From Alphaproteobacteria bacterium (lineage in GTDB: Bacteria; Pseudomonadota; Alphaproteobacteria; UBA2966), in NCBI GenBank assembly GCA_964291395.2, contig OZ219856.1, forward strand, positions 2,560,001-2,624,000: a DNA stretch of 64,000 bases. The letters run 5' to 3'. A program made the position numbers and the translations under genes. This document shows positions 40,405 through 49,986 of this stretch, in pieces (within the stretch, counting starts at the first letter, position 1; the number at the start of each line of letters is the position of its first letter). The notes beneath the pieces were generated by a model. It saw only the letters and a list, made by a program, of their open reading frames with translations. It ran no database searches and was not told the DNA's origin.

Positions 40405-40860
40405 AACGCTTGTTCAGGGTGTGACGAAATCGCTGTCCTCGAAATCTCGCTGACCAACGATCTTCAGGAGATCGCCGTCGCGGCGGAGCAAATCGAAGAA
40501 TTCTGCGCCGCGCGCGACCTGTCGCCGGCCATCGCCTACGCCGTCAACCTGTCGATCGATGAACTGCTGACCAACACGATCAACTACGGGTATGACGACG
40601 GCGTCCGGCACCGGATCGACATCGCGGTGCACATGGACGGGAGCGTCATCGTCGTCGAGATCACCGACGACGCCAAGCCGTTCGATCCGTCCGGAGTCGC
40701 GCAACCGGATACCGATATCCCGCTCGAGGACCGGCCGGTCGGCGGGCTGGGCATTCACTTGGTCCGCGAAATGATGGACGAGTTCCGATATCGCCGCAGC
40801 GGGGAACACAACATCGTGACCTTTACCAAAAACACGAAGGATGCCGGGACGGCGGTATAG
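40405..40860 (+). CDS. RsbW/SpoIIAB-like anti-sigma factor kinase (start codon unclear)
   Basis: LSIDELLTNTINYGY, DDAKPFDP, EDRPVGGLGIHLVREMMD, YRR...N; frame is open from 40405 without an early ATG/GTG/TTG. Confidence 0.82.
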   Translation, partial: NACSGCDEIAVLEISLTNDLQEIAVAAEQIEEFCAARDLSPAIAYAVNLSIDELLTNTINYGYDDGVRHRIDIAVHMDGSVIVVEITDDAKPFDPSGVAQPDTDIPLEDRPVGGLGIHLVREMMDEFRYRRSGEHNIVTFTKNTKDAGTAV

Positions 40861-40885
40861 GGGCGCCGGGAGTGGCGCCGTGCGG

Positions 40886-42832
40886 TCAATCGGGCTTGCC
40901 GTTGTAGCGTAGAACCAGACATGTGATGTCGTCCGACTGCGCCGCCTCGCCGACGAAATCGGCGACCGCGAGGGTCACGTTTTCGATCACGGCGTCGACG
41001 GAGATCTGGTTGCCGGTCGACAGCACGGTTTCCAGGCGCGCCTCCTCGAACATATCGCCGCCGACGTCCATCGCCTCGGAAATGCCGTCGGTGTAAAGGA
41101 ACAGCGTGTCCCCTATGGTAAGCGTCAGGCTGTTTTCCTCGTATGGCAGGTCCGGCATGACGCCGATCGCGACGCCGCCGGTCAACGGCAACGTCTCGAC
41201 CTCACCGTCCCGCCGAACGAGGAACGGCGCATTGTGACCGGCATTGGCGTAGGAGAAACGGCCCGTCCCGGGATCCAGAATACCGTAGAACAACGTGACG
41301 AACAGATCGTGGGGGTTCTGGGCGCAGATCCCGTCATTGACAAGGCGCAGGCAGGCGCCGGCCCGGTCCGTGTCGTTCGCGGCGGTGCGCGTGACCGTCC
41401 TCGCGATCGCCATGAAGAACGCCGCCGAGACGCCCTTGCCGGAGACGTCGGCGATCACCACGCCGAGACGGCCGTCCGGCAGGGTGAAGAAATCGTAGAA
41501 GTCGCCGCCCATCTCGCGCGCCGGGGTCATCAGGGCGTGCCCCGAATAGGCGTCGTGGCTCGGCATGGTCTTGGGCAGGATCGCGCCCTGCAGGGAATGC
41601 GCGATGGCCAGCTCGTCCTCCATGCGCCGTTTCGCCTGATCGAGTTCCGCGTTCTTCTCCTCGAGGTCCCGCGTGCGCGCCGCCACCAGGGCTTCCAGAT
41701 GATCCTCGCGCGCCTGGACCTCGCGGGCCATCGCCTGAAACACGCGGATCAGCCGTCCCAGCTCGTCCCGCCGGCGCCCGATGCGGTCGAGCGATTCCGG
41801 GACGAAACTGCGCCGGTCCATCTCCTCGGCCGCCTGGGTCAGCGCCATGACCGGCCGCGTGATGCGGCGGGCCGACAATATTGCGGTCACCGAGCCGACC
41901 AGGAAGGCGGCGGCCGCGACCATGAAGCCGAATCTGAGATAATCGGCAAGCAGTCGGTCCAACTGGTCGCGGGGCATGTGGATGACGGCAACGCCAGTGG
42001 CTACGCCGCCGCGGTCCAGGACGGGCGCGGCGACGTGGAGCGCATCGTCGCTCAGTACCGATTGCGCGCCCGCGTTCAGCGCCCGGCCGGCGAGCGACCG
42101 GTCGACCGCCAGGAACGCCGGCCCCGGCACACCGGCATGCGCGTCGGTCGCGACCGCAGCCGTCACCTCGAGAGAATCGTCAACCACCCAGATCGCCCGG
42201 ACTCCCGGTTGCCCGGCCAGCGAACCGAGCGCTGCCACCAGACCGAAGGTCTCGCGCAGGCCCGTGGTCTTGTCGGCCAGGCTGCCGACCAGCACCAATC
42301 CGCCGCTGCGGGCGCGGACGCCGACGTATTGCAGGGGCCGCTCCAACCCGTCCCGCGGCACCGGCCGAAGGGCGACGGAGAAGCGGCGTCCCGACAGGAG
42401 GGTCTGCAAGACCGGTCCGTCGATCTCCTCGAGCGCCATGCCGACGCCGGTCTGGCTGAGCCCATTGATGGCGCGCGCCGACGGCGCTCCGGTTTCGTCC
42501 AGTACCCAGATGTCGTCGATGACACTGTCCGACGTTATCTCCGCGAGGTGGATGGCAAGCCCCTTCGCGTCGCTGCCGACGACCTCGGCCAGGTGAGCCA
42601 GGGCGATCGCCTGCGCCTCGTTCTCGCGCGCGACGAAACGGTCGATCTCGTCGGATATCATGCCGGTCCGGTTGGCTTCGCCCGCGATCAGGCCGGCGAC
42701 GAGCCGTGCCTGATTCTCCGCCTGGTCGACCAGCGCATCGCGCGCCAGCAAGCCCATCGCCGTCGCCACGCCGAGAATGGCGACACCGACCGACGCCGAG
42801 ACGATCAGGATGAGATGCCGGGAGAGGCTCAT
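40886..42832 (-). CDS. Membrane sensor phosphatase: TM-periplasmic-TM-HAMP-PP2C (SpoIIE/RsbU-like)
   Basis: Two hydrophobic helices, HAMP (ITRPV...DELGRL), MGGDFYD, IADVSGKG, NAGH, LYTDG, DDIT. Confidence 0.93.
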   Translation of the reverse strand: MSLSRHLILIVSASVGVAILGVATAMGLLARDALVDQAENQARLVAGLIAGEANRTGMISDEIDRFVARENEAQAIALAHLAEVVGSDAKGLAIHLAEITSDSVIDDIWVLDETGAPSARAINGLSQTGVGMALEEIDGPVLQTLLSGRRFSVALRPVPRDGLERPLQYVGVRARSGGLVLVGSLADKTTGLRETFGLVAALGSLAGQPGVRAIWVVDDSLEVTAAVATDAHAGVPGPAFLAVDRSLAGRALNAGAQSVLSDDALHVAAPVLDRGGVATGVAVIHMPRDQLDRLLADYLRFGFMVAAAAFLVGSVTAILSARRITRPVMALTQAAEEMDRRSFVPESLDRIGRRRDELGRLIRVFQAMAREVQAREDHLEALVAARTRDLEEKNAELDQAKRRMEDELAIAHSLQGAILPKTMPSHDAYSGHALMTPAREMGGDFYDFFTLPDGRLGVVIADVSGKGVSAAFFMAIARTVTRTAANDTDRAGACLRLVNDGICAQNPHDLFVTLFYGILDPGTGRFSYANAGHNAPFLVRRDGEVETLPLTGGVAIGVMPDLPYEENSLTLTIGDTLFLYTDGISEAMDVGGDMFEEARLETVLSTGNQISVDAVIENVTLAVADFVGEAAQSDDITCLVLRYNGKPD

Positions 42833-43461
42833 TGTTGCCTCGCGGCCAGGCGGGCGCGCAGGGCCCGCATCGCCAGGGCCACGACCGCCGCGAAGGCGAG
42901 AAACCAGACCATGGCATAGAGATAGACCCAGAACGTAAACTCGGCCCTGCCTATCGCGCCGATCACGGTCTCGGCCCGGTGGACGAGTTCGGGCACGCCG
43001 ATGACCGAGGCCGTGGCGGAGGCCATGACGATGATCAGGAAATAGCTCGTCCAGGAGGGAAGGAACAACAGCGCCTCGGCGGTCTCGCCGCGCCTCAGAT
43101 GCCGCAGCGCGGCAAGCGCGTTGTCGGACACGTAACCGGCGACCGCGATCGCCAGCGCGAGCGACGCCTTGAACCAGGCCGGCACGGTGACGACGACGCC
43201 CAGAACCTCGAAGGTTCCGGGGACGGCATAGGCGAGATAGAACAACATGACGAAGGTCGGCGCCCCACGCGCGAACGCCGTGAGCGCGCTGCCGGTCTGC
43301 TTGACGCCCGGCGCGGTGCCGCCCCGCAGCGCCGCGAGCAGCAGGCCGACCGCCGTCCCGATCGCCATCGCGGCCAGCGAGACGATCATGTTCCAGCCGA
43401 AACCCGCCGCCAGATAGGGCGTCCAGGTGATCAGCACGTCGGCGACGTCCACCATCATCAT
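42829..43461 (-). CDS. Amino-acid ABC permease-like membrane protein lacking the EAA loop
   Basis: LAAGFGWN, ARGAPTFVML, ASVIGVPEL match the HisM/GlnP type, but the EAA-G segment is absent. Confidence 0.8.
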   Translation of the reverse strand: MMMVDVADVLITWTPYLAAGFGWNMIVSLAAMAIGTAVGLLLAALRGGTAPGVKQTGSALTAFARGAPTFVMLFYLAYAVPGTFEVLGVVVTVPAWFKASLALAIAVAGYVSDNALAALRHLRRGETAEALLFLPSWTSYFLIIVMASATASVIGVPELVHRAETVIGAIGRAEFTFWVYLYAMVWFLAFAAVVALAMRALRARLAARQQ

Positions 43462-45068
43462 GACGCGTGCTCCCGGTGCTCCCAGCGGCGGAAGATCCGG
43501 ACCGTGACGATGACCAGCACGAAATAGCAGATCAGCAGCAGGTTCATCATCACGTCATCGTTGCCTTTCTCGGCCACGATGGCGGTGCTGGCGTGCACCA
43601 GTTCGGGCAATGCCAGGGTGCTGGCCATGCCGGTCGCCTTGACGATGTTGACCGAATTGCCCATCACCGCGGCGTGGCACAGCCCCAGCGCGCGGCGGAT
43701 CTCGGCGATCCTGAAACCCAATCGGCTGCCCTCGCCGGCCGCCACGTCCGCCGCCAGAGCGAACGCGACGGCATTGCTGGCCGCGGCATAGAACGACAAG
43801 ACCACGGATGCGACCGTGAACGCGTCGAGCGAAAAGCCGAGCGCCAGGATGACGCCGCCAAGGCCAAAGAAGACGACATAGAGCTGCAGGAGCGGCGGCG
43901 TCATGCGCAAGGTCGCGCAAAGAGCCTGCAGGACGACCGCGACGACAGGGGTCCGTCGATGCATCAACCAGCCGAACAGAACACCCAGGCCTATGCCGCC
44001 CGCCACCGTCACGACGGACAGCGCGACCGTCAAGGCCAGGCCGAACAGAAAGATGTCGCGGTCCAACGGATCGTAGAGCAGGCTGACGTCGAGACCGGTC
44101 GCTTCCATCAACGTCAGGGAGACGCCCGAAATGCCGCCGAGCTCGCCGCCGGCGACCAGCGCGACCTCGCGGCATGCGAGCGGCCATTTTCCGGTGCCGT
44201 CGCGCCGGCAGACGAGATCGCCGGCCTCGTCGGTCTCCTGCCAGGTCAACCGGGCCCGCCGCAGATAGGGCGAGGGAGGCAACTCCCACCGCTTCTCCAG
44301 TTCCTGCAGAAAGCCTCCGCGATGCCATCCGGCGAGCGTATCGCCGAGCAGCCGGTCGAGGCTGCTGCCCGCCGCCTCCTTGGCGATGGCGACCGCCCAT
44401 GGGAACACGAAGCGCGTCGGCAGCGAGACGCCATAGCCCTCCCACTCGCCGCTCCTCAGCTCGTTCAGCAGGTTGACCTCGTCGTACAGCCAGCCGATGC
44501 AGTGCTCGTTGCGCAGGGCGAGCGCGGCCTCGCGCGTGGAGTTGAGAGAGATTGTCTCGACCAGCAGCCGTTCGCGGGCGAGGCGATTCCACAGCGAGCC
44601 CTGGACGCTGCACAGGGTGCGGCCCCGCAGGTCCGCCCAATCCGAGATCCCCGCATCCGGACGCAACAGGACGTTGGCGCCGTCGCCGTAGTACTGTGGT
44701 TCCACCATGTGGACGAGTTCCCGGCGGCTGCGGGTGTCGCCCAGTGTGGCGACGACGATGTCGATCTCGCCGCGCTGCAGTTTCTGCAGACGATTGGCGC
44801 TGGTCACCGGCGTCAACCGCAGCGAGACGCCGATGACTTCGGCGAAGGCGCGGGCGACGTCGACATCGTAGCCGACGAGGTTTCCGTCGGCGTCGGGGAA
44901 GCCGAAGGGCCGGTAGTCGGCCTTGACCCCGGCGATCAGATGGCCGCGCTCTCGGATCTCCTCAAGCCGGTCGGCCACGGCCGGGCCGGTGCCGCAAAGC
45001 CAGACGGCGACGGCGAGAATGACGAGGCCCGCGCGGTGGCGGGGACGGTCCCGGTCGGTCGCACTCAC
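43458..45068 (-). CDS. Fusion of a family-3 substrate-binding domain and an amino-acid permease-like domain with a degenerate EAA loop
   Basis: AGVKADYRPFGF, GYDVDVA, VTSANR; then GLALTVALS, RMTPPLLQLY, NIVKATGMAS, PEL. GTG start overlaps the upstream stop. Confidence 0.85.
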   Translation of the reverse strand: MSATDRDRPRHRAGLVILAVAVWLCGTGPAVADRLEEIRERGHLIAGVKADYRPFGFPDADGNLVGYDVDVARAFAEVIGVSLRLTPVTSANRLQKLQRGEIDIVVATLGDTRSRRELVHMVEPQYYGDGANVLLRPDAGISDWADLRGRTLCSVQGSLWNRLARERLLVETISLNSTREAALALRNEHCIGWLYDEVNLLNELRSGEWEGYGVSLPTRFVFPWAVAIAKEAAGSSLDRLLGDTLAGWHRGGFLQELEKRWELPPSPYLRRARLTWQETDEAGDLVCRRDGTGKWPLACREVALVAGGELGGISGVSLTLMEATGLDVSLLYDPLDRDIFLFGLALTVALSVVTVAGGIGLGVLFGWLMHRRTPVVAVVLQALCATLRMTPPLLQLYVVFFGLGGVILALGFSLDAFTVASVVLSFYAAASNAVAFALAADVAAGEGSRLGFRIAEIRRALGLCHAAVMGNSVNIVKATGMASTLALPELVHASTAIVAEKGNDDVMMNLLLICYFVLVIVTVRIFRRWEHREHAS

Positions 45069-45916
45069 GGAGCGCCCGGGAGCAGAGGTTTGCTCACTAT
45101 GAGAAATCCGTAGCCGCCGGCCGCGGGCACAAACCGGCACGCCAAGTCGTCGAGCCGGCCGAGCAGCGGCCTGCCGACGACGACACTCTCGGGCAGCAGA
45201 CTCTCGGGCTCGATGCTCTCGATTCGAAACCCCGCAGCCGAGAGGTCGTGCCGCGCCTCCGATGGAGAGAAGAGATGGTAGAACAGCCGGATCTCATCCG
45301 CGCCGCCGCCCCGCGTGTAGAGAACGTCTCCGGGCTCCAGTTCGCCGGCCCGGACCAGGGGGGCCACCGAGCGCTGTTCCGCTCGAAACCGCCGCCTCGC
45401 GTTCGGCAGGCCGAGGATCAAAACGCCATCCGGCTTCAGCATCTCGCGAACCGTGCCGAGCAGGCGCAGGCGCTGCTTCCGTCCGGCGACGTGCCCCAGA
45501 ACTCCGAAGGTCAAAAGCGCCAGATCGAACGCCCGCTCGTGCGTTTCGACCAAAGCCGCCAAGTCGCCGTTGCGGATGACGAGCCGTCCGTCGCCGACGA
45601 AGGCGCGCAAGCGCTCCGCCATCACCCGGCACGCCGCCGGGCAGACATCGTACGCCACGCCGCTCGCCCGGGTCAGTTCCATCAGCGGCAAGGTGTAGCG
45701 TCCGGTGCCGGCCCCGAAGTCGAGAAACCGGCCTCCTTCCCGCAGGCAGCGCAAGGATTTCCTCAACGTGCGCCTGTTCGGGCGCGGGTAGCGCCGGTCG
45801 TAGAGGCCCGAGGAGATGTAGGTATCGTAACCGCCGCGCACGTCCGGCACGCCCACCCGGGGCACGGGCTCGTCCTTGCCCATGGCGTCGGTAACGCCAC
45901 TGGGTACGCTCATCAT
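45065..45916 (-). CDS. Class I SAM-dependent methyltransferase
   Basis: FLDFGAGTGRY, AYD, FGVLGHV, MLKPDG, FYHLFS; RBS ggagga. Confidence 0.85.
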   Translation of the reverse strand: MMSVPSGVTDAMGKDEPVPRVGVPDVRGGYDTYISSGLYDRRYPRPNRRTLRKSLRCLREGGRFLDFGAGTGRYTLPLMELTRASGVAYDVCPAACRVMAERLRAFVGDGRLVIRNGDLAALVETHERAFDLALLTFGVLGHVAGRKQRLRLLGTVREMLKPDGVLILGLPNARRRFRAEQRSVAPLVRAGELEPGDVLYTRGGGADEIRLFYHLFSPSEARHDLSAAGFRIESIEPESLLPESVVVGRPLLGRLDDLACRFVPAAGGYGFLIVSKPLLPGAP

Positions 45917-46049
45917 TCCTCCTTTGGCCTCGGTCCGTCGGGGCTTGTCACCCAAGCGACTGTACCATTAGGCTACCGGCGTCGGTCCGACCCTACTATC
46001 GACTGTCCCAGGGAGCAATTCCTGAAATCACGTCGATGCCCTTGGGCGC

Positions 46050-47045
46050 ATGGCGAAGCAGGGCGGTCGCGAAAGGGCCGGGGACGAGAACCTGCGGACG
46101 CGCAACACCTCGATTGCCCATGGCGAAAAGGGGCGGAGATTGAGATCACGAGAGAACGGTTGGTCGCGAGCGCGGCGACTGGCGGCCCTGCCGATGTTGG
46201 CGGCGCTGGCGACGGTCCACGCCGGGGTGCATGCGGCGGACGGCGTCCTCGACCAGATCGCGGCCGACGGCGTGATGCGCGCGGGCACGAGAGCCAACGC
46301 GGCGCCCTTCGCCCAGAAGACGGCCTCGGGAGAGTTCGAGGGATTCTCCGTCGACCTGCTCGGGGAGATCCGTGCGGCGGCAGAGAGGACGGTCGGCCGG
46401 ACCGTCAGCCTCGAGCTTCACGAGGTGACCCCCGCCGATCGGCTGCAGCGCGTCGCCGCCGGTGAGATCGACATCGTCTGCGGCATCACCACGCCAACCT
46501 GGAACCGGGAAGACCTGGTGGACTTTTCCCTGCCGTTCTTCCGCGACGGTACCCGTGTCATGGTGTATCGCGGGCATGGAGACCGCGCCCTGGATCTCGG
46601 CCGGCTGAAGGTGGGCGTGGTGGAGGGCACCACCACCGTGACCGTCGTGAAGGATCGGCTGCCCGGCGCCAGCCTCCACGTCTACGCCAACATGGGCGAC
46701 GCGATGCGCGGGCTGGAGACGGGCGAGGTCGAGGGCGTGGCCAACGTCGGCGTCGTGCTGCTCGGGCTGGCCGAACGCAGCAAGCCGCGGCGCAGCGTCC
46801 TGCTGCTGCCGAGGACGCGCGCGTTGGCGACTGAGGCCCTGGCCTGCGTTCTACCGCAGAACGACAGCCGCTGGCGCGACCTGGTCAACAGGACCCTCGT
46901 CGGAATGTTCGCCGACGTGCAGGACTTCAACGGCCGCTACGAGGAAATCTACGATCACTGGTTTGGCCGCGACGGCGCGCTGTTCTATCCGCTCGACCGC
47001 GCGACGCGCGACTACCTCGGCAACGTCTCGATCTGGGCCAGATGA
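46050..47045 (+). CDS. Amino-acid ABC substrate-binding protein (GltI-like, family 3)
   Basis: RAGTR...PF, GFSVDL, VTPADR, IDIVCG, VDFSLP, GTTT, IYDHWFG; true start may be further downstream. Confidence 0.88.
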   Translation: MAKQGGRERAGDENLRTRNTSIAHGEKGRRLRSRENGWSRARRLAALPMLAALATVHAGVHAADGVLDQIAADGVMRAGTRANAAPFAQKTASGEFEGFSVDLLGEIRAAAERTVGRTVSLELHEVTPADRLQRVAAGEIDIVCGITTPTWNREDLVDFSLPFFRDGTRVMVYRGHGDRALDLGRLKVGVVEGTTTVTVVKDRLPGASLHVYANMGDAMRGLETGEVEGVANVGVVLLGLAERSKPRRSVLLLPRTRALATEALACVLPQNDSRWRDLVNRTLVGMFADVQDFNGRYEEIYDHWFGRDGALFYPLDRATRDYLGNVSIWAR

Positions 47046-47299
47046 CCGCCCCGGTGTTCGCCGGAGACGTTCGATGCTCCGCCCCCGAGTCGGCGGCCGC
47101 TCGTTCGCAACTCGGTGACGGCGGCGTCCGTGCCCAGAACCACCACGAAAAATCTCCGCCCGCGACCGCGCGGACGCACGCGGATGCGAAAGCCGGCCTC
47201 AACCGATAGGATCGACTCACTGCCGCTACCCGTCGGATCATGCGGCCGTGACAAGGGCCGGCCAGCCGATCGCCCCTTACGCCTCGGCCACAAGCGCAC

Positions 47300-49183
47300 A
47301 TGACCCTCCCTCTCCGTCGTGCCGTAAGCCTCATCACCGGCCGCGGCCCGAGGCAAGGTGATGGGGGGCCGCACCCCGAGCCGTCACGCGGACGCTTGGC
47401 CGTGGCCGTCCTTCTGGCCCTGTCGGCAGACGGCATCGAACCGCTGGCCGCACAGGATCACGGCATCGCCATGCACGGCGACCTCAAGTACGAGGCCGGC
47501 TTCGGTCATCTCGATTACGTCTATCCCGACGCGCCAAAGGGGGGCGAGCTCCGACGTGCCGCGACGGGCACCTTCGACAACCTCAACCCGTTCATCATCA
47601 AGGGTGTGCCGGCGCGTGGGAGTCACTTGCCCTTCGAAAGCCTCCTGAAAAGGACGTGGGACGAGCCGTTCTCGCTTTACGGTCTGATCGCCGAATCGAT
47701 CGAGGTGCCGGATGACCGTTCTTCCGTTACCTTCGTGTTGCGACCGGAAGCGCATTTCCACGACGGCCGTTCGATCACCGCGGATGATGTCGTCTTTTCC
47801 TGGGAGATCCTGAAGGAACAAGGAAGGCCCAACCACCGGCTATATTACCGGCAGGTGCAGCGCATCGAGCGGCCTGATGCGCGCTCGGTACGGTTTGTCT
47901 TCGATTCCGAGGCGCCGGACCGCGAGCTGCCGCTGATCATCGGATTGATGCCGATCCTGTCCAAGTCTTACTACGCGGCGGTGACGTTCGAGAAAACGAC
48001 GCTCGATCCACCGCTCGGCAGCGGTCCCTATCGTGTTGAGAGCGTGGACGCGGGCCGCAGCATCGTCTATCGCCGCGATCCCGAATATTGGGGGCGCCAC
48101 CTGCCCATCAACCGCGGGCAGCACAACTTCGACCGCATTCGCTACGACTACTACCGCGACGGCAACGTGATGATGGAGGCTTTCAAGGCGGGCGAGTACG
48201 ACCTTCGTCGGGAACACTCCGCGAAACGTTGGGCAACCGCGTACGACTTCCCTGCCGCCGCGGACGGCCGCGTCAAGCTCGAACGCCTGCCGCACGGTCG
48301 CCCCTCCGGCATGTTCGCCTTCGTTTTCAACACGCGGCGGGAGGTTTTCGTTGACCGCACGGTTCGCCGCGCCCTGGCGCACGCCTTCGACTTCGCCTGG
48401 GTCAACGAGACGCTGCTGCACGGCGCCTACATCCGTACACGCAGCATCTTCGATAACTCGGAACTCGGTTCGCGAGGTGTTCCGCGAGGTCTCGAGCGCG
48501 ATCTGCTGGAACCCTTTCGGAAGCGTCTGCCTCCCGAGTTGTTCGAGGGCACCTACCGTCCGCCGGCTGTCGACGGCGGCATCCGAGCCAACCTCAAGGC
48601 GGCGCGGCGCCTGCTGGCCGAGGCAGGCTGGGTGGTGCGGAAAGGATCGCTACGGCGCGCGCAAGACGGACTGCCGATGGCATTCGAGATCCTGCTCGTG
48701 GATTCGGCGAACGAGAAAATCGCCCTCTCGTTTGCCCGGAACCTCGAGCGCCTGGGCGCACAGGTGCGGGTCCGGACGGTGGACACACCGCAATACCGGT
48801 ACAGGCTGAACGCCTACGACTTCGACATGATCGTTTACCGCTGGGGCATGTCGCTTTCACCGGGGAACGAGCAGGCGTACTATTGGGGCATCGCGGCGGC
48901 AGCGCAGGAGGGGACGCGCAACTACCCGGGGGTGCGGGATCCGGTCGTCGATGAACTCATCGATCGCATGACCAAGGCGCGCGAACGCGATGCCTTCGTC
49001 GACATCGTCCGCGCCATGGACAGGGTGCTGTTGTGGGGGCACTACTTCGTTCCCCTCTACCATCTGAACGAAGATCGAATCGCCTATTGGGACAAGTTCG
49101 GTCGGCCTGACATCACACCCTTATATGGAATCGTGATGGAAGCGTGGTGGGAGGACTCCGACAAGGCGAAAACCGGACGGTGA
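47300..49183 (+). CDS. Family-5 extracellular solute-binding protein (YejA-like)
   Basis: HGIAMHGDLKY, DAPKGG, GTFDNLNPF, YGLIAES, PLGSGPY, SPGNEQ, DRVLLWGHY. Confidence 0.92.
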   Translation: MTLPLRRAVSLITGRGPRQGDGGPHPEPSRGRLAVAVLLALSADGIEPLAAQDHGIAMHGDLKYEAGFGHLDYVYPDAPKGGELRRAATGTFDNLNPFIIKGVPARGSHLPFESLLKRTWDEPFSLYGLIAESIEVPDDRSSVTFVLRPEAHFHDGRSITADDVVFSWEILKEQGRPNHRLYYRQVQRIERPDARSVRFVFDSEAPDRELPLIIGLMPILSKSYYAAVTFEKTTLDPPLGSGPYRVESVDAGRSIVYRRDPEYWGRHLPINRGQHNFDRIRYDYYRDGNVMMEAFKAGEYDLRREHSAKRWATAYDFPAAADGRVKLERLPHGRPSGMFAFVFNTRREVFVDRTVRRALAHAFDFAWVNETLLHGAYIRTRSIFDNSELGSRGVPRGLERDLLEPFRKRLPPELFEGTYRPPAVDGGIRANLKAARRLLAEAGWVVRKGSLRRAQDGLPMAFEILLVDSANEKIALSFARNLERLGAQVRVRTVDTPQYRYRLNAYDFDMIVYRWGMSLSPGNEQAYYWGIAAAAQEGTRNYPGVRDPVVDELIDRMTKARERDAFVDIVRAMDRVLLWGHYFVPLYHLNEDRIAYWDKFGRPDITPLYGIVMEAWWEDSDKAKTGR

Positions 49184-49292
49184 CGGGCGCAGATGATCGG
49201 AAGGGCCCGCGGACAAACGGCACCGTCTCGGGACGACGACGCCGGAGATCCGGCTCCATAAGGGGCCCGACGCGAGCCGCTCGACCGGAAAA

Positions 49293-49697
49293 TCAGCAGA
49301 CTGAGGAGAGACCTTCGACCGCCACGGCGCGAGCGAGAGCCTTGTCAAGGGTCGCAAGCGGCGCCGCGTGTCTTGCCGCCAATTCCAGATAAATTGCGTC
49401 GTAGAACGACAAACCGTGTCTCTCCGCCAGAGCGAATGCGATGTCCAGATCGGGGTCCGTGTCGGTACGGATGGGCAAATCATACAAGGCGCTCAGGCGC
49501 TCCGCCGGCCCGTCGGAGGCAGATCGGCCACGCCGGACCGCCACGAGAAGGTCGTTGCGCAGTTCCAGATGCCATAGATGCGGGACCAGCGCCTCATCGT
49601 CTTCCAGGCGCCTCAACGCCGACTCCGCCGCGGGCACCGCCTCGTCACCCAACAGCCAAGCAACCGCGACCGAGGTATCGAGGACAAAGAGGCTCAC
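49293..49697 (-). CDS. vapC: VapC family PIN toxin
   Basis: FVLDTSVAVAW, LSFYDAIYLELA, LATLD; GTGA overlap with the antitoxin gene. Confidence 0.88.
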   Translation of the reverse strand: MSLFVLDTSVAVAWLLGDEAVPAAESALRRLEDDEALVPHLWHLELRNDLLVAVRRGRSASDGPAERLSALYDLPIRTDTDPDLDIAFALAERHGLSFYDAIYLELAARHAAPLATLDKALARAVAVEGLSSVC

Positions 49698-49945
49698 AGG
49701 CGATGCCCGTGATGGCGTGCCTGCGGAATATCGTCGATGGACATGGCGACGGGTCTCCATTCGCCGCTGCGGCGGCGAAAGCGTGCCATGGCCCGCTTGT
49801 GGTCGGTGCGCTCACCCGCCGGTGCCGGGATCACATGTGCTATCGCCTGGCCATGCCGGGTAATCGCCACGGTCTCGCCGCGCTCGACCGTGCGGAGGAG
49901 TTCGGCCAAACGTGCCTTGGCTTCGGTTGCCTGTATGACGCGCAT
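49694..49945 (-). CDS. Phd/YefM family antitoxin
   Basis: [25 protein letters not shown]. Confidence 0.88.
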   Translation of the reverse strand: MRVIQATEAKARLAELLRTVERGETVAITRHGQAIAHVIPAPAGERTDHKRAMARFRRRSGEWRPVAMSIDDIPQARHHGHRL

Positions 49946-49986
49946 CGCGAGATCCAACCGGTCATTATAACCGGACATATCCCATC

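Noticed and set aside
41234-45113. Long plus-strand ORFs 41234-42919 and 43467-45113
   Set aside because: Antisense shadows of the phosphatase and fusion genes.
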